Part shown: piece after piece, positions 19,887-28,368 of the stretch
Position numbering within the stretch: position 1 is the stretch's first letter
Layout of the letters: every line of letters begins with the position of its first letter
Assembly: GCA_934477125.1 (NCBI GenBank)
Contig: CAKSOL010000004.1
Coordinates: 106,664 to 170,663 of the forward strand
Origin: an uncultured Eubacteriales bacterium
GTDB lineage: Bacteria; Bacillota; Clostridia; Oscillospirales; Acutalibacteraceae
Reading direction: 5' to 3'
Length of the DNA: 64,000 nt
Translations under genes and position numbers: made by a program
Notes under the pieces: model-generated
What the model saw: only the letters and a program-made list of their open reading frames with translations
What the model was told of the DNA's origin: nothing
The model's database searches: none

Positions 19887-21036
19887 ATTGCATCTCGTCC
19901 GCCAGAGCGGCAAGCTGTGCGCGGCTCTCGGCGTTCAGCGCGGATTTTATCTGAACCGTTGTTTCCGCAAATTTCAAATCCTTGCTCTTTTCGAGCATAC
20001 CGCGGATAACCCGCGCCGCCGCCGGAGCCCAGCTGCCGTTTTCGATAATGCCGACGGTGCGGTTTCTGAAACCGCGCTCGGTAAGGGCTTCTATAAAGGT
20101 GCGCATAAAGGGGAATATATCCGCATTATACGTAGTAGTGGCTAAAACTATACGGTCGTAACGGAAAGCGTCCTCAACAGCCTCCGCCATATCCTCGCGC
20201 GCAAGGTCTGCCGACGATACCCTGCACCCCTTGCTTTCAAGCAGGGCTTTAAGCTCTTTTGCGGCAGCGGCGGTGTTGCCGTAAACCGAAGTATAGGCGA
20301 TAAAAACACCCTCGCTTTCGGCGCGGTAGGACGACCAAATATCATAAAGGTTTAAATAATAGCCGAGGTTTTCGGAGAGTATGGGACCGTGTAGCGGGCA
20401 GATAGTCCCGATATCGAGCGCAGCCGCCTTTTTAAGCAGAGCCTGAACCTGAGCGCCGTATTTCCCGACAATTCCGAAGTAATATCTTCTCGCCTCGCAC
20501 GCCCAGTCCTCGTCCGCGTCCAGCGCTCCGAATTTTCCGAAGCCGTCCGCCGAGAACAGTATGCGGTCGGCGCTGTCGTAGGTAACGATAACCTCAGGCC
20601 AGTGAACCATCGGAGCGGCGATAAATTTAAGCTCGCGCGAGCCGAGGGAGAGGGTATCGCCGTCGGAAACCGTTATATTCCTGCCGGAAAAGTCGGTTCC
20701 GAAGAAATTTTTCATCATGGCGAACGCTTTCGCCGATGAGACTATAACGGCGTTCGGGTAACGCTCGGCAAACGCGGTTATTCCGGCGGAATGGTCAGGC
20801 TCCATATGCTGAACTATAAGGTAATCCGGCTCAGCCGAGCCCAATACCGCGGCTATATTCTCAAGCCATTCTCCGACAAAGTTCTTATCAACCGAGTCCA
20901 TAACCGCTGTTTTTTCATCAGCTATGACATACGAATTATACGCCATACCGTTCGGAACGGCATACTGACCCTCGAACAAGTCAATCCTGCGGTCATTGAC
21001 CCCGACATAAAAAACCTTTTCGCTTATATTTTTCAT
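19876..21036 (-). CDS. fprA: FprA-type flavodiiron protein (metallo-beta-lactamase + flavodoxin domains)
   Basis: HxExDH di-iron motif (QHMEPDHSAG) and a C-terminal flavodoxin-like domain (YTSVYGNTAAAA). Confidence 0.85.
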   Translation of the reverse strand: MKNISEKVFYVGVNDRRIDLFEGQYAVPNGMAYNSYVIADEKTAVMDSVDKNFVGEWLENIAAVLGSAEPDYLIVQHMEPDHSAGITAFAERYPNAVIVSSAKAFAMMKNFFGTDFSGRNITVSDGDTLSLGSRELKFIAAPMVHWPEVIVTYDSADRILFSADGFGKFGALDADEDWACEARRYYFGIVGKYGAQVQALLKKAAALDIGTICPLHGPILSENLGYYLNLYDIWSSYRAESEGVFIAYTSVYGNTAAAAKELKALLESKGCRVSSADLAREDMAEAVEDAFRYDRIVLATTTYNADIFPFMRTFIEALTERGFRNRTVGIIENGSWAPAAARVIRGMLEKSKDLKFAETTVQIKSALNAESRAQLAALADEMQFRH

Positions 21037-21133
21037 AATTTCGCACCCCGTTTGGTTGTTTTTTTAATTCTATGCTTATGTTAGGACTGAATTCAGTTTC
21101 CCTCGCCGTAAAGTAAACGAAACCGACCCGCGC

Positions 21134-21152
21134 CCCTTGCCTAAAGGGGAGA
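21134..21152. repeat. left inverted repeat bounding the AT-rich DUF559 islet
   Basis: CCCCTTGCCTAAAGGGGAG. A GCCGCGCATACGCGCGGC hairpin follows. Probably also the terminator of the DUF559 gene. Confidence 0.6.
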
Positions 21153-21179
21153 GGGCCGCGCATACGCGCGGCGAGGGGA

Positions 21180-21575
21180 TTATGACCGGAGGAGGGATTT
21201 TTTAACGAATAAATCGATATATTCGCAAACTCCGTTAAAATTTTTATTAACTTCATTATTCGGTATACGAATTACCTTCAAGCCCCTGCTTTCGATTTTT
21301 TCTGTTCTGATTTTGTCCTTCAGTAAACCGTTTTTCTCATAATGCTGTGAACCGTCAAGCTCGATTATAAGTCTTGCCCGGCTGCAATAAAAATCCGCAA
21401 TATAATTATCTATAACCTTCTGCCTTAAAAACCGTATCGGATACGAGCGCAAAAAGTCATACCATAAATGCCTTTCCTCTTTTGTCATATTCTTACGCAA
21501 GTATTTCGCATTTTCGGTTAGTTTTGCGTTGTGCTTACGTTCTATTTCGTATCCCTCCGTCTTTGCCTGCGGCAA
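21180..21575 (-). CDS. DUF559 endonuclease-domain protein (Vsr-like fold)
   Basis: AT-rich ORF with DUF559-like segments (FLRQKVIDNYIADFYC...LIIELDGSQH). The likely start is TTG at ~21575, preceded by a GGGAGG SD that lies inside a hairpin. Confidence 0.65.
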   Translation of the reverse strand: MPQAKTEGYEIERKHNAKLTENAKYLRKNMTKEERHLWYDFLRSYPIRFLRQKVIDNYIADFYCSRARLIIELDGSQHYEKNGLLKDKIRTEKIESRGLKVIRIPNNEVNKNFNGVCEYIDLFVKKSLLRS

Positions 21576-21580
21576 ATCCA

Positions 21581-21603
21581 CCTCCCTTTAGGCAAGGGAG
21601 GCT
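21581..21603. repeat. right inverted repeat bounding the AT-rich DUF559 islet
   Basis: CCTCCCTTTAGGCAAGGGAGG. Its core CCCTTGCCTAAAGGG is the reverse complement of the left copy. Contains the GGGAGG SD of the DUF559 gene. Confidence 0.6.
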
Positions 21604-21698
21604 TTTTTCATAACGGCAAGCATATATTAAATTAAATATAACATTTTTTATTATAATTTTCAAGCTATATATTTAAGCCGTCATATGTATTGCGCGTA

Positions 21699-21727
21699 TT
21701 GACAAGCGGGCGGCGGTGTGATACTAT
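21699..21727 (+). promoter_or_regulatory. sigma-A promoter of dapF-dapL-manA
   Basis: TTGACA, 17-nt spacer, TACTAT. Confidence 0.5.
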
Positions 21728-21756
21728 TTTTATATGATGATAAGGAGCCGGATTTA

Positions 21757-22608
21757 ATGAAAATAAATTTTACCAAGATGCAGGGAACGGGAAACGATTA
21801 CATATACATAAACTGCTTTGAGCAGAAAATACCCGACCCCGCCGCTCTCGCCGTTAAAATGTCGCCGAGGAGGCTGTCTGTCGGGGCGGACGGAGTTATT
21901 CTGATTTCCCCCTCCGAAAAAGCCGACGCCGAAATGAGGATTTTCAATCTCGACGGCAGCGAGGGGAAAATGTGCGGAAACGGGATACGGTGCGTCGGGA
22001 AGTACCTTTTCGATAACGGAATCGTATGCCGAAAAACAATGACGGTCGATACCCTCAGCGGAATAAAAAACCTCGAAATAACCGAAAAAAACGGAAAAGC
22101 AGAATATGTTACGGTCGATATGGGGCTGCCGGAATTTGAGGCGAAAAAAATCCCGGCTGTCTGCCCGGAGAAAAGAATGGTTGACTTTCCGATATCGGCG
22201 GCAGGCGGAGAATACCGCATAACCGCCGTTTCGATGGGCAATCCGCACGCGGTTATTTTCTGCGATTTCGACCCGATGACCCTTGACCTTGAAAAAATCG
22301 GTCCGGAATTTGAGTTCAATACGCATTTCCCGGAGCGGGTCAACACAGAGTTTATAAGGGTTATTTCTCCGGGGCATTTGCAGATGAGAGTCTGGGAGAG
22401 GGGCAGCGGAGAAACATTCGCCTGCGGAACGGGCGCCTGCGCGGCGGCGGCAGCGGCGGTTCTCTGCGGAAAATGCAGAAAGGAGACCGAAATAACGGTA
22501 TCGCTGCGCGGCGGCGACCTTATTATAACCTATGCCGCAGACGGACATATTTATATGCGCGGTCCGGCGGTTAAAGTATATGACGGGGTGTATGATTATG
22601 AGCCTTAA
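21757..22608 (+). CDS. dapF: diaminopimelate epimerase
   Basis: MKINFTKMQGTGNDYIYIN, with two catalytic Cys (GNGIRC, ACGTGACAA). The start was trimmed to the internal Met. Confidence 0.9.
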   Translation: MKINFTKMQGTGNDYIYINCFEQKIPDPAALAVKMSPRRLSVGADGVILISPSEKADAEMRIFNLDGSEGKMCGNGIRCVGKYLFDNGIVCRKTMTVDTLSGIKNLEITEKNGKAEYVTVDMGLPEFEAKKIPAVCPEKRMVDFPISAAGGEYRITAVSMGNPHAVIFCDFDPMTLDLEKIGPEFEFNTHFPERVNTEFIRVISPGHLQMRVWERGSGETFACGTGACAAAAAAVLCGKCRKETEITVSLRGGDLIITYAADGHIYMRGPAVKVYDGVYDYEP

Positions 22609-23791
22609 AATAAAGGTAAACGACAATTTTTCAACAATGGCGAAAAGCTATCTTTTTTCGGAGATAGCAAAGCGCGTCAGAGCCTACAAGGCGGAAAATC
22701 CGGGCGCGGAGGTTATCAGTCTCGGAATAGGGGACGTTACGCGTCCGCTGCCGAAAGTCTGCACAGAGGCGATGAAGGCGGCGGCTGAGGAGATGGCGCA
22801 TCCGGAGACCTTCCGCGGCTATCCCCCGGAATACGGCTGCGATTTTCTCCGCGGCGCGATAAGCCGGTATTACGCAGGAAACGGCGTTGAGATACCGGCG
22901 GACGAGATATTCGTTTCGGACGGAGCAAAAAGCGACGTCGGAAACATCGTTGACATTCTCGGAAAGAACAACGTTGTTATTCCCGACCCGGTTTATCCGG
23001 TTTACCTTGACAGCAATCTGATGAGCGGAAATCACGTTGAATTTATCCGCGGCGGCAGCGAAAACGGCTTCCGCCCGACCCCCGACTCGCTCGGCGGGGG
23101 CGGATATGTTATTTACCTGTGCTCGCCCAACAATCCGACCGGCGCTGTGTATAACCGCGCGGAGCTTAAAAAATGGGTCGATTTTGCGAATAATTCCGGC
23201 TCGCTGATAATATTTGACGCCGCCTACGAGGCATTTATCGGCGACCCCTCTCTGCCCCATTCGATATACGAAATCGAGGGAGCGAGGGAATGTGCCGTTG
23301 AGATATGCAGCTTTTCAAAGCTTGCCGGGTTCACCGGAACGCGCTGCGCCTGGAGCGTTTTCCCGGCTCAGCTTTTAACCGCCGGCGGAACGCCGCTTTC
23401 GGCGCTCTGGTCGCGCAGGCAGGCGACAAAGTTCAACGGCGTTTCATACCCCGTTCAGCGCGCCGCCGAGGCGGCTCTCTCCGGGGAGGGACTGCGGCAA
23501 TGCCGCGAATCGATAGCCTATTATCTCGAAAACGCCGCAATTCTCGCCGGGGTTTTGAATGAAAAGGGAATTGAATTTACCGGCGGCAGCTGTTCGCCCT
23601 ATCTTTGGATGAAATGTCCGGGAGGAGCGCTTTCATGGGACTTTTTCGACAGTCTGCTTTCCGGCGCGCAGCTGGTCGGAACTCCCGGCTCCGGTTTCGG
23701 GAGCGCGGGCGAGGGCTTTTTCCGGCTGACCTCCTTCGGAACGCGGGAAAACACGCTGACCGCCGCCGAAAGACTGCGCAGCTTTCTTTAA
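22598..23791 (+). CDS. dapL: LL-diaminopimelate aminotransferase
   Basis: MSLKIKVNDNF...YLFSEIAKRV N-terminus typical of DapL, and the PLP-lysine segment SFSKLAGFTG. Overlaps the dapF stop. Confidence 0.85.
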   Translation: MSLKIKVNDNFSTMAKSYLFSEIAKRVRAYKAENPGAEVISLGIGDVTRPLPKVCTEAMKAAAEEMAHPETFRGYPPEYGCDFLRGAISRYYAGNGVEIPADEIFVSDGAKSDVGNIVDILGKNNVVIPDPVYPVYLDSNLMSGNHVEFIRGGSENGFRPTPDSLGGGGYVIYLCSPNNPTGAVYNRAELKKWVDFANNSGSLIIFDAAYEAFIGDPSLPHSIYEIEGARECAVEICSFSKLAGFTGTRCAWSVFPAQLLTAGGTPLSALWSRRQATKFNGVSYPVQRAAEAALSGEGLRQCRESIAYYLENAAILAGVLNEKGIEFTGGSCSPYLWMKCPGGALSWDFFDSLLSGAQLVGTPGSGFGSAGEGFFRLTSFGTRENTLTAAERLRSFL

Positions 23792-23827
23792 GCAAATTAA
23801 AATACTGTAATAACAGGGGGTATTTAT

Positions 23828-24787
23828 ATGATTTATCCGTTACTTTTACGCGCTCCGCTCAAGGACTACATCTGGGGAGGAACAAAGCTCCGCGATGAAT
23901 ACGGCTTTTCCTCCGAGGCGGACCGCATAGCCGAGGCTTGGGTGCTTTCCTGCCATAAGGACGGGGCGAGCGTTGTGCGCAACGGCGTTTACGCCGGGAA
24001 AACCCTGCCCGAAGCCATTGCGGCGATGGGAAAGGAATGTCTCGGAGAGCGCGCCGCGGCTTTTCCTTATTTTCCGCTGCTGATAAAGCTTATCGACGCT
24101 AAGGACCGGCTTTCGGTTCAGGTTCACCCCGACGACGAATACGCGCTTAAAAACGAGGGCGAATACGGAAAAACCGAGATGTGGTATGTTGTTGACTGCG
24201 AAAAGGACGCGCGTTTGATTTACGGCTTTAACCGCGAAATCGACAAGGCGGAATTTGCACGCCGCATAAAGGATAACACGCTGACCGAGGTCTGCAACTA
24301 TGTTCCGGTTAAAAAGGGAGACGTTTTCTTTATCTCCGCCGGAACGCTGCACGCCATCGGCAAGGGTATTCTTATCGCCGAAATTCAGCAGAATTCAAAT
24401 ACTACCTACCGGGTTTCGGACTACGGCCGCTTAGGGGCGGACGGCAAGCCGCGTCCGCTGCACATCGACAAGGCGCTGAGCGTTACCAAAACCGCGCCGC
24501 CGACCGAGGAATACGGTCAGATAGGCGAGATACGCGAGTATCCGTTCGGAAGGGTGCGTTCGCTCGCGTCCTGCTCGAAGTTCACCTCGTCGCTGCTTTC
24601 CCTTGAGGGAACAGCCGCGCTTTCGGCGGACGGGAGCTTTCAGTCGGTTCTGGTGCTGGACGGCGAGGCGGTGCTGTCCTATGCGGACGGCTGCTTCAGA
24701 ATAAAGCGCGGAGACTGCGTTTTTGTTCCCGCCGGTATGAGCATAACCCTTTCGGGCTGCGCCGAAATAATAACCGCCGAGGTCTGA
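23828..24787 (+). CDS. manA: type I mannose-6-phosphate isomerase (cupin)
   Basis: PMI type I motifs (LSVQVHPDD, TEMWYV, HAIGKGILIAEIQQ). Confidence 0.8.
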   Translation: MIYPLLLRAPLKDYIWGGTKLRDEYGFSSEADRIAEAWVLSCHKDGASVVRNGVYAGKTLPEAIAAMGKECLGERAAAFPYFPLLIKLIDAKDRLSVQVHPDDEYALKNEGEYGKTEMWYVVDCEKDARLIYGFNREIDKAEFARRIKDNTLTEVCNYVPVKKGDVFFISAGTLHAIGKGILIAEIQQNSNTTYRVSDYGRLGADGKPRPLHIDKALSVTKTAPPTEEYGQIGEIREYPFGRVRSLASCSKFTSSLLSLEGTAALSADGSFQSVLVLDGEAVLSYADGCFRIKRGDCVFVPAGMSITLSGCAEIITAEV

Positions 24788-24833
24788 TTATCGCCGCCTG
24801 CGCTCCCGATTATCCCGTTTTCAACAAAAAAAC

Positions 24834-24862
24834 TTGACATTCGGGGCGTTTAGTGCGATAAT
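24834..24862 (+). promoter_or_regulatory. sigma-A promoter of rsmD-coaD
   Basis: TTGACA, 17-nt spacer, GATAAT. Confidence 0.5.
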
Positions 24863-24939
24863 ATTATGTGTTTCATTCTGCAAATTGCTCTTTTTGCCGG
24901 ATAAAATATTATGATGATTTTTAGCTGTCGGTGATATAA

Positions 24940-25479
24940 ATGCGAATTATAACCGGATCTGCGCGGGGAAAACGGCTCGTTACCCCGCAGGGAACCGATG
25001 TCGTCCGCCCGACGCCCGAACGGGTCAAGGAGGGGCTTTTCAGCGCCATTCAGTTTGATATAGAGGGCAGAAGGGTTCTTGACCTTTTTGCCGGTTCGGG
25101 TCAGCTCGGACTTGAGGCTTTGAGCCGCGGCGCCGAGAGCGCCGTATTCGTCGATACCTCGGAGGTATCGCTGGCGGCGGTAAAGCAGAATATTGAAAGC
25201 ACCGGTCTTTCCGGCGCGCGCGCCGTCAGGTCGGACTATGCTTCGTTTGCAGCCTCCTGCCGCGAGAAATTCGATATTGCTTTCCTCGATCCGCCCTATT
25301 CCGCGGGACTTTTTGAAAAGGCGATTGCCGCCTGCGCCCCGATTATGAGCGATTACGGCGTTATTATCTGCGAGCATCCCGAAAATGCCGTTTTATCGGA
25401 GGAAATTGCCGGATTTTCAGCCGCAAGAACCTATCGCTACGGCAAGGTATGCGTAACGCTTTACCGCAGAAAGGACTGA
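24940..25479 (+). CDS. rsmD: 16S rRNA (guanine966-N2)-methyltransferase
   Basis: MRIITGSARGKRL...LDLFAGSGQLGLEALSRGA...DPPY. Confidence 0.85.
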   Translation: MRIITGSARGKRLVTPQGTDVVRPTPERVKEGLFSAIQFDIEGRRVLDLFAGSGQLGLEALSRGAESAVFVDTSEVSLAAVKQNIESTGLSGARAVRSDYASFAASCREKFDIAFLDPPYSAGLFEKAIAACAPIMSDYGVIICEHPENAVLSEEIAGFSAARTYRYGKVCVTLYRRKD

Positions 25480-25484
25480 GGAGC

Positions 25485-25976
25485 TTGAAGAACAGCACGG
25501 TTATTTATCCCGGCAGCTTTGACCCGGTAACCCTCGGTCATCTCGATATTATACGCCGCGCGGCGGCTATGTTCGACAGGGTTATAGTCGTTGTTATGAG
25601 CAATATGAATAAGAAATGCTCCTTTTCGCCGGAGGAACGGCGGGATATGATTAAAAAGTCGGTTGACGGGCTGCCTAATGTCGAGGTCGATTTCTATAAC
25701 GGCCTGCTGGCGGACTATGCGCGGCTCAAAAACGCCAGCGCGATAATAAAGGGCTTGCGCGCAATGTCTGATTTTGAATACGAATTTCAGATGGCGCTCA
25801 CCAATAAAAAGCTTAATCCGCAGGTTGAAACGCTGTTTCTGACCACGAGCACGCAGTTTATGTATCTCAGCTCAAGTATGGTTAAGCAGATAGCGAGTAT
25901 GAACGGAGATATTTCGGATTTTGTTCCGCCCCAGATTTACGATGACATTTCGGAGCGGCTGAAAAGAGCAGATTAA
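25485..25976 (+). CDS. coaD: phosphopantetheine adenylyltransferase
   Basis: VIYPGSFDPVTLGHLDII HxGH-type motif. The start is assigned to a TTG just after the rsmD stop (uncertain). Confidence 0.85.
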   Translation: MKNSTVIYPGSFDPVTLGHLDIIRRAAAMFDRVIVVVMSNMNKKCSFSPEERRDMIKKSVDGLPNVEVDFYNGLLADYARLKNASAIIKGLRAMSDFEYEFQMALTNKKLNPQVETLFLTTSTQFMYLSSSMVKQIASMNGDISDFVPPQIYDDISERLKRAD

Positions 25977-26025
25977 AGACGCGGCAGAGCGTTTTTCAGG
26001 AAATAAAACGGAGGTTGAATTTAAA

Positions 26026-26496
26026 ATGACATTGGATGAATTACTTGAACAGTTTGACGAAGTGCTTGACAGCGGCATAAAAATCCCCGGAAAGAAAACC
26101 TTGGTGGACGTTGAGCGGCTGCGCGCGGTTGTTGACGATATCCGTCTCAACATTCCGAGCGAGATAAAGCAGGCGCGCGGCATTGTTTCCGACAGAGCCG
26201 ACATTATAACGACCGCAAAGCGCGAGGCGGACGGAATAATCAAGAACGCCGAGGAGCGCGCAAAAGCGATGGTTGCTCAGGAGCAGATCGTTAAGCTCGC
26301 TCAGGAAAAGGCAGCCGAAATAATTTCAAACGCTCAGGCAAAGAGCCGCGATATGCGCAAGGCGGCTCAGGATTTTGTTGACGACCTTATGCGCCGCGCC
26401 GATGAGGGCGTTACCGCAAATCTCGGCGAAATCCGCAAGACGCGCGCCGCATTAAAGCAGCAGATTCCCACCGCCGCAAAGCACGACGGACAGTAA
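26026..26496 (+). CDS. coiled-coil protein, ATP synthase subunit b-like (function unknown)
   Basis: 156-aa highly charged helical protein that resembles F0 subunit b/E-like stalk proteins in composition only. Followed by a strong terminator. Confidence 0.45.
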   Translation: MTLDELLEQFDEVLDSGIKIPGKKTLVDVERLRAVVDDIRLNIPSEIKQARGIVSDRADIITTAKREADGIIKNAEERAKAMVAQEQIVKLAQEKAAEIISNAQAKSRDMRKAAQDFVDDLMRRADEGVTANLGEIRKTRAALKQQIPTAAKHDGQ

Positions 26497-26539
26497 AAGC
26501 GCGGCAAGCCGCAGAACAAACAGTTTATTGACAAGCTTA

Positions 26540-26583
26540 CGCGGGTATTTACCGTTTGGTAAATACCCGCGTTTTATTCTTTG
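26540..26583 (+). terminator. rho-independent terminator after coiled-coil protein gene
   Basis: CGCGGGTATTTACC-GTTT-GGTAAATACCCGCG perfect 14-bp stem followed by TTTTATTCTTT. Confidence 0.8.
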
Positions 26584-26601
26584 CAGCAATAGGATTTTGT
26601 A

Positions 26602-26629
26602 TATCTAATATCTAATATCTAATATCTAA
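26602..26629 (+). repeat. TATCTAA heptamer tandem array (4 perfect units)
   Basis: TATCTAA x4 between convergent genes, adjacent to a hairpin embedded in the trmB 3' end. Confidence 0.85.
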
Positions 26630-27315
26630 CGATATACCGCCTCAAGGCGGTATATCGGCTGACCGAGCGAGGAAAAGCGGCGCTCGTATTCGGTTACGAT
26701 ATTCTCCCTTGCCGCCTCGGTCTGCGAATTATGCAAATCAAGCGACACATTTTTGAGCGCAAAGCCGTTTCCGCTGAGCTGTTCTATCGAAAATTCAAAA
26801 AAGCCCATATTATCGGTCTTTTGATGTATTTCCGCGCCGGGCGCCATAAGCCGCTTATATATTTCGAGGAAATTCGCGTGGGTCAGGCGGTGGGCGGCGT
26901 AGCTCTTTTTCGGGAACGGGCAGGAAAAATTAAGGAAAATCCGCTCTGCCGCGCCGGCAGGGATATAGCGTTCGAGGTATTCCGCTCCGCACTTTAAAAA
27001 GCGCAGGTTCGGCACTTCCACCCGGAAAGCCGCCTCGCATGCGCTGACAAGCACGTTTGCGCTTTTCTCAACCGCAAGCAGGTTTATTCCGGGATTGCGG
27101 CGGGCAAATTCAACCGCAAAGCCGCCCTTTCCGCAGCCGATTTCAAGGAAAAGCGGCTGTTTTTTGCCGAACCAGCGGTCGATATCTATTATTTCGCGGT
27201 TGCGGTCGTTATTCCGGAAATCCCGGTCGTCGCTGTCGGCGATATAGAGTATATCCTCAACCGCCGCAAGGCGTTCGTTCAGATGCTTTTTTCTTCTTCC
27301 GCGCATTTTCATCAC
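26626..27315 (-). CDS. trmB: tRNA (guanine46-N7)-methyltransferase
   Basis: LEIGCGKGGF SAM motif and TrmB-like conserved segments (RIFLNFSCPFPKK). Confidence 0.85.
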   Translation of the reverse strand: MMKMRGRRKKHLNERLAAVEDILYIADSDDRDFRNNDRNREIIDIDRWFGKKQPLFLEIGCGKGGFAVEFARRNPGINLLAVEKSANVLVSACEAAFRVEVPNLRFLKCGAEYLERYIPAGAAERIFLNFSCPFPKKSYAAHRLTHANFLEIYKRLMAPGAEIHQKTDNMGFFEFSIEQLSGNGFALKNVSLDLHNSQTEAARENIVTEYERRFSSLGQPIYRLEAVYR

Positions 27316-27464
27316 CGTTAATAAAAAATTTAAGCGCTGCTCCGGCGCCAGGCAAACTGGCGGAACCGCAGCAGGTTCGGCTCACGTCTGCCTCAGGGAG
27401 CAACGCTTTATATTATAACAAAAACCGCAGAATTTGCAAGAGCCGATAAATCCGGCGCGCCCGT

Positions 27465-28058
27465 TTACTTCATCCCGGCGAGCTTTTTAATCGCCGACGA
27501 GCGGAACAGCAGCGCAACGCCGACGGTCGTCAGAATAAGCTCCGGCAGCATATAAAAGCCGTTATAGGCGACCGAATAGAGAATCGGGCGGTTGGTAAAC
27601 ACGCCGCCGAAAATCTCGAACTGCTCAAGGTTTTTGAAAATTACGTAGCCCGATATAAAGTGGCTCACAAATCTCAGGAAAACTGCAAGCGCAGTTCCGC
27701 AGCAAATGCCGGAATAGCCCTTTTTAGCGAAAATTCCCGCAATTCCGAGAACCGTATATGCGGCTATATAATCGAACACGATTGTTCCGACAAGCATTGC
27801 CGGGGTAAGCCCCCAGGAAAGCACTTCGGGCAGACCGATAGCCAGCTGACCCAGCGAATAGACGAACGCCGCGCCGAAGCCCCATTTAAGACCGAACATT
27901 GCGGAAATCATAACGACGGGCAGCATTGAAAGCAGCGTAACCGAGCCGCCGAGCGGCATTTTAACCACCTTTATAAGGCTCAGCACCGTTGCAAGCGCAA
28001 TAAAGACGGCGCTTACGGTAATTTTGTAAATAGGTTTCTGAGGAGATGTTTCATTCAT
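27465..28058 (-). CDS. thiT: ECF transporter S component for thiamine
   Basis: 6-TM S-component. Placed directly downstream of a TPP riboswitch. Confidence 0.75.
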   Translation of the reverse strand: MNETSPQKPIYKITVSAVFIALATVLSLIKVVKMPLGGSVTLLSMLPVVMISAMFGLKWGFGAAFVYSLGQLAIGLPEVLSWGLTPAMLVGTIVFDYIAAYTVLGIAGIFAKKGYSGICCGTALAVFLRFVSHFISGYVIFKNLEQFEIFGGVFTNRPILYSVAYNGFYMLPELILTTVGVALLFRSSAIKKLAGMK

Positions 28059-28109
28059 TTTTTATTCTTCCTTTTCTTTTTGCCCGCAGGGCGCATATTT
28101 TTTGCAATT

Positions 28110-28262
28110 TCCCAATAAAACATAAAAAGCCGCAGGCAATAAACCTGCGGCTTCTGACAGTTTCCGTAATTTTCCTACGGCGGCATTATCCGCATCAGGT
28201 TACAGGTCGGGATTTAAGCCTTGCGGCAAATCCCCTCTCAGCCGGGTTTCACCCAGCTCCCT
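28110..28262 (-). promoter_or_regulatory. TPP (THI-box) riboswitch with terminator expression platform
   Basis: Minus-strand aptamer at ~28172-28262 reads GGGAGCUGGGUGAAACCCGGCUGAGAGG...ACCUGUAACCUGAUGCGGAUAAUGCCGCCGUAGGAAA, matching the CUGAGA and ACCUGAU..GGAUAAUGCC..CGUAGGGAA THI-box cores. A GC hairpin (GCCGCAGGUUUAUUGCCUGCGGC) plus U-run follows at ~28110-28150, ahead of thiT. Confidence 0.85.
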
Positions 28263-28368
28263 TATTGCATTGAAATTATATCACCCTGCAAGCCGCTTGT
28301 CAAGCGGTTTTGACAGCACATACCGGAAAAGCGGCGGGCGCTTTGGCAAAATGCAGCGGTAAGGTCTG

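Noticed and set aside
20993-21256. 87-aa minus-strand ORF spanning fprA start and the left inverted repeat
   Set aside because: It overlaps the fprA N-terminus and the GC-rich hairpin cluster. It has no RBS and is probably non-coding.
21754-22626. 290-aa and 182-aa minus-strand ORFs
   Set aside because: They are antisense to dapF, whose plus-strand product carries the catalytic Cys pair and the DapF N-terminus.
24850-25377. 175-aa minus-strand ORF
   Set aside because: It overlaps rsmD in antisense. The promoter and RBS evidence supports the plus-strand rsmD-coaD operon.
28046-28273. 75-aa plus-strand ORF
   Set aside because: It overlaps the TPP riboswitch and thiT leader on the opposite strand.
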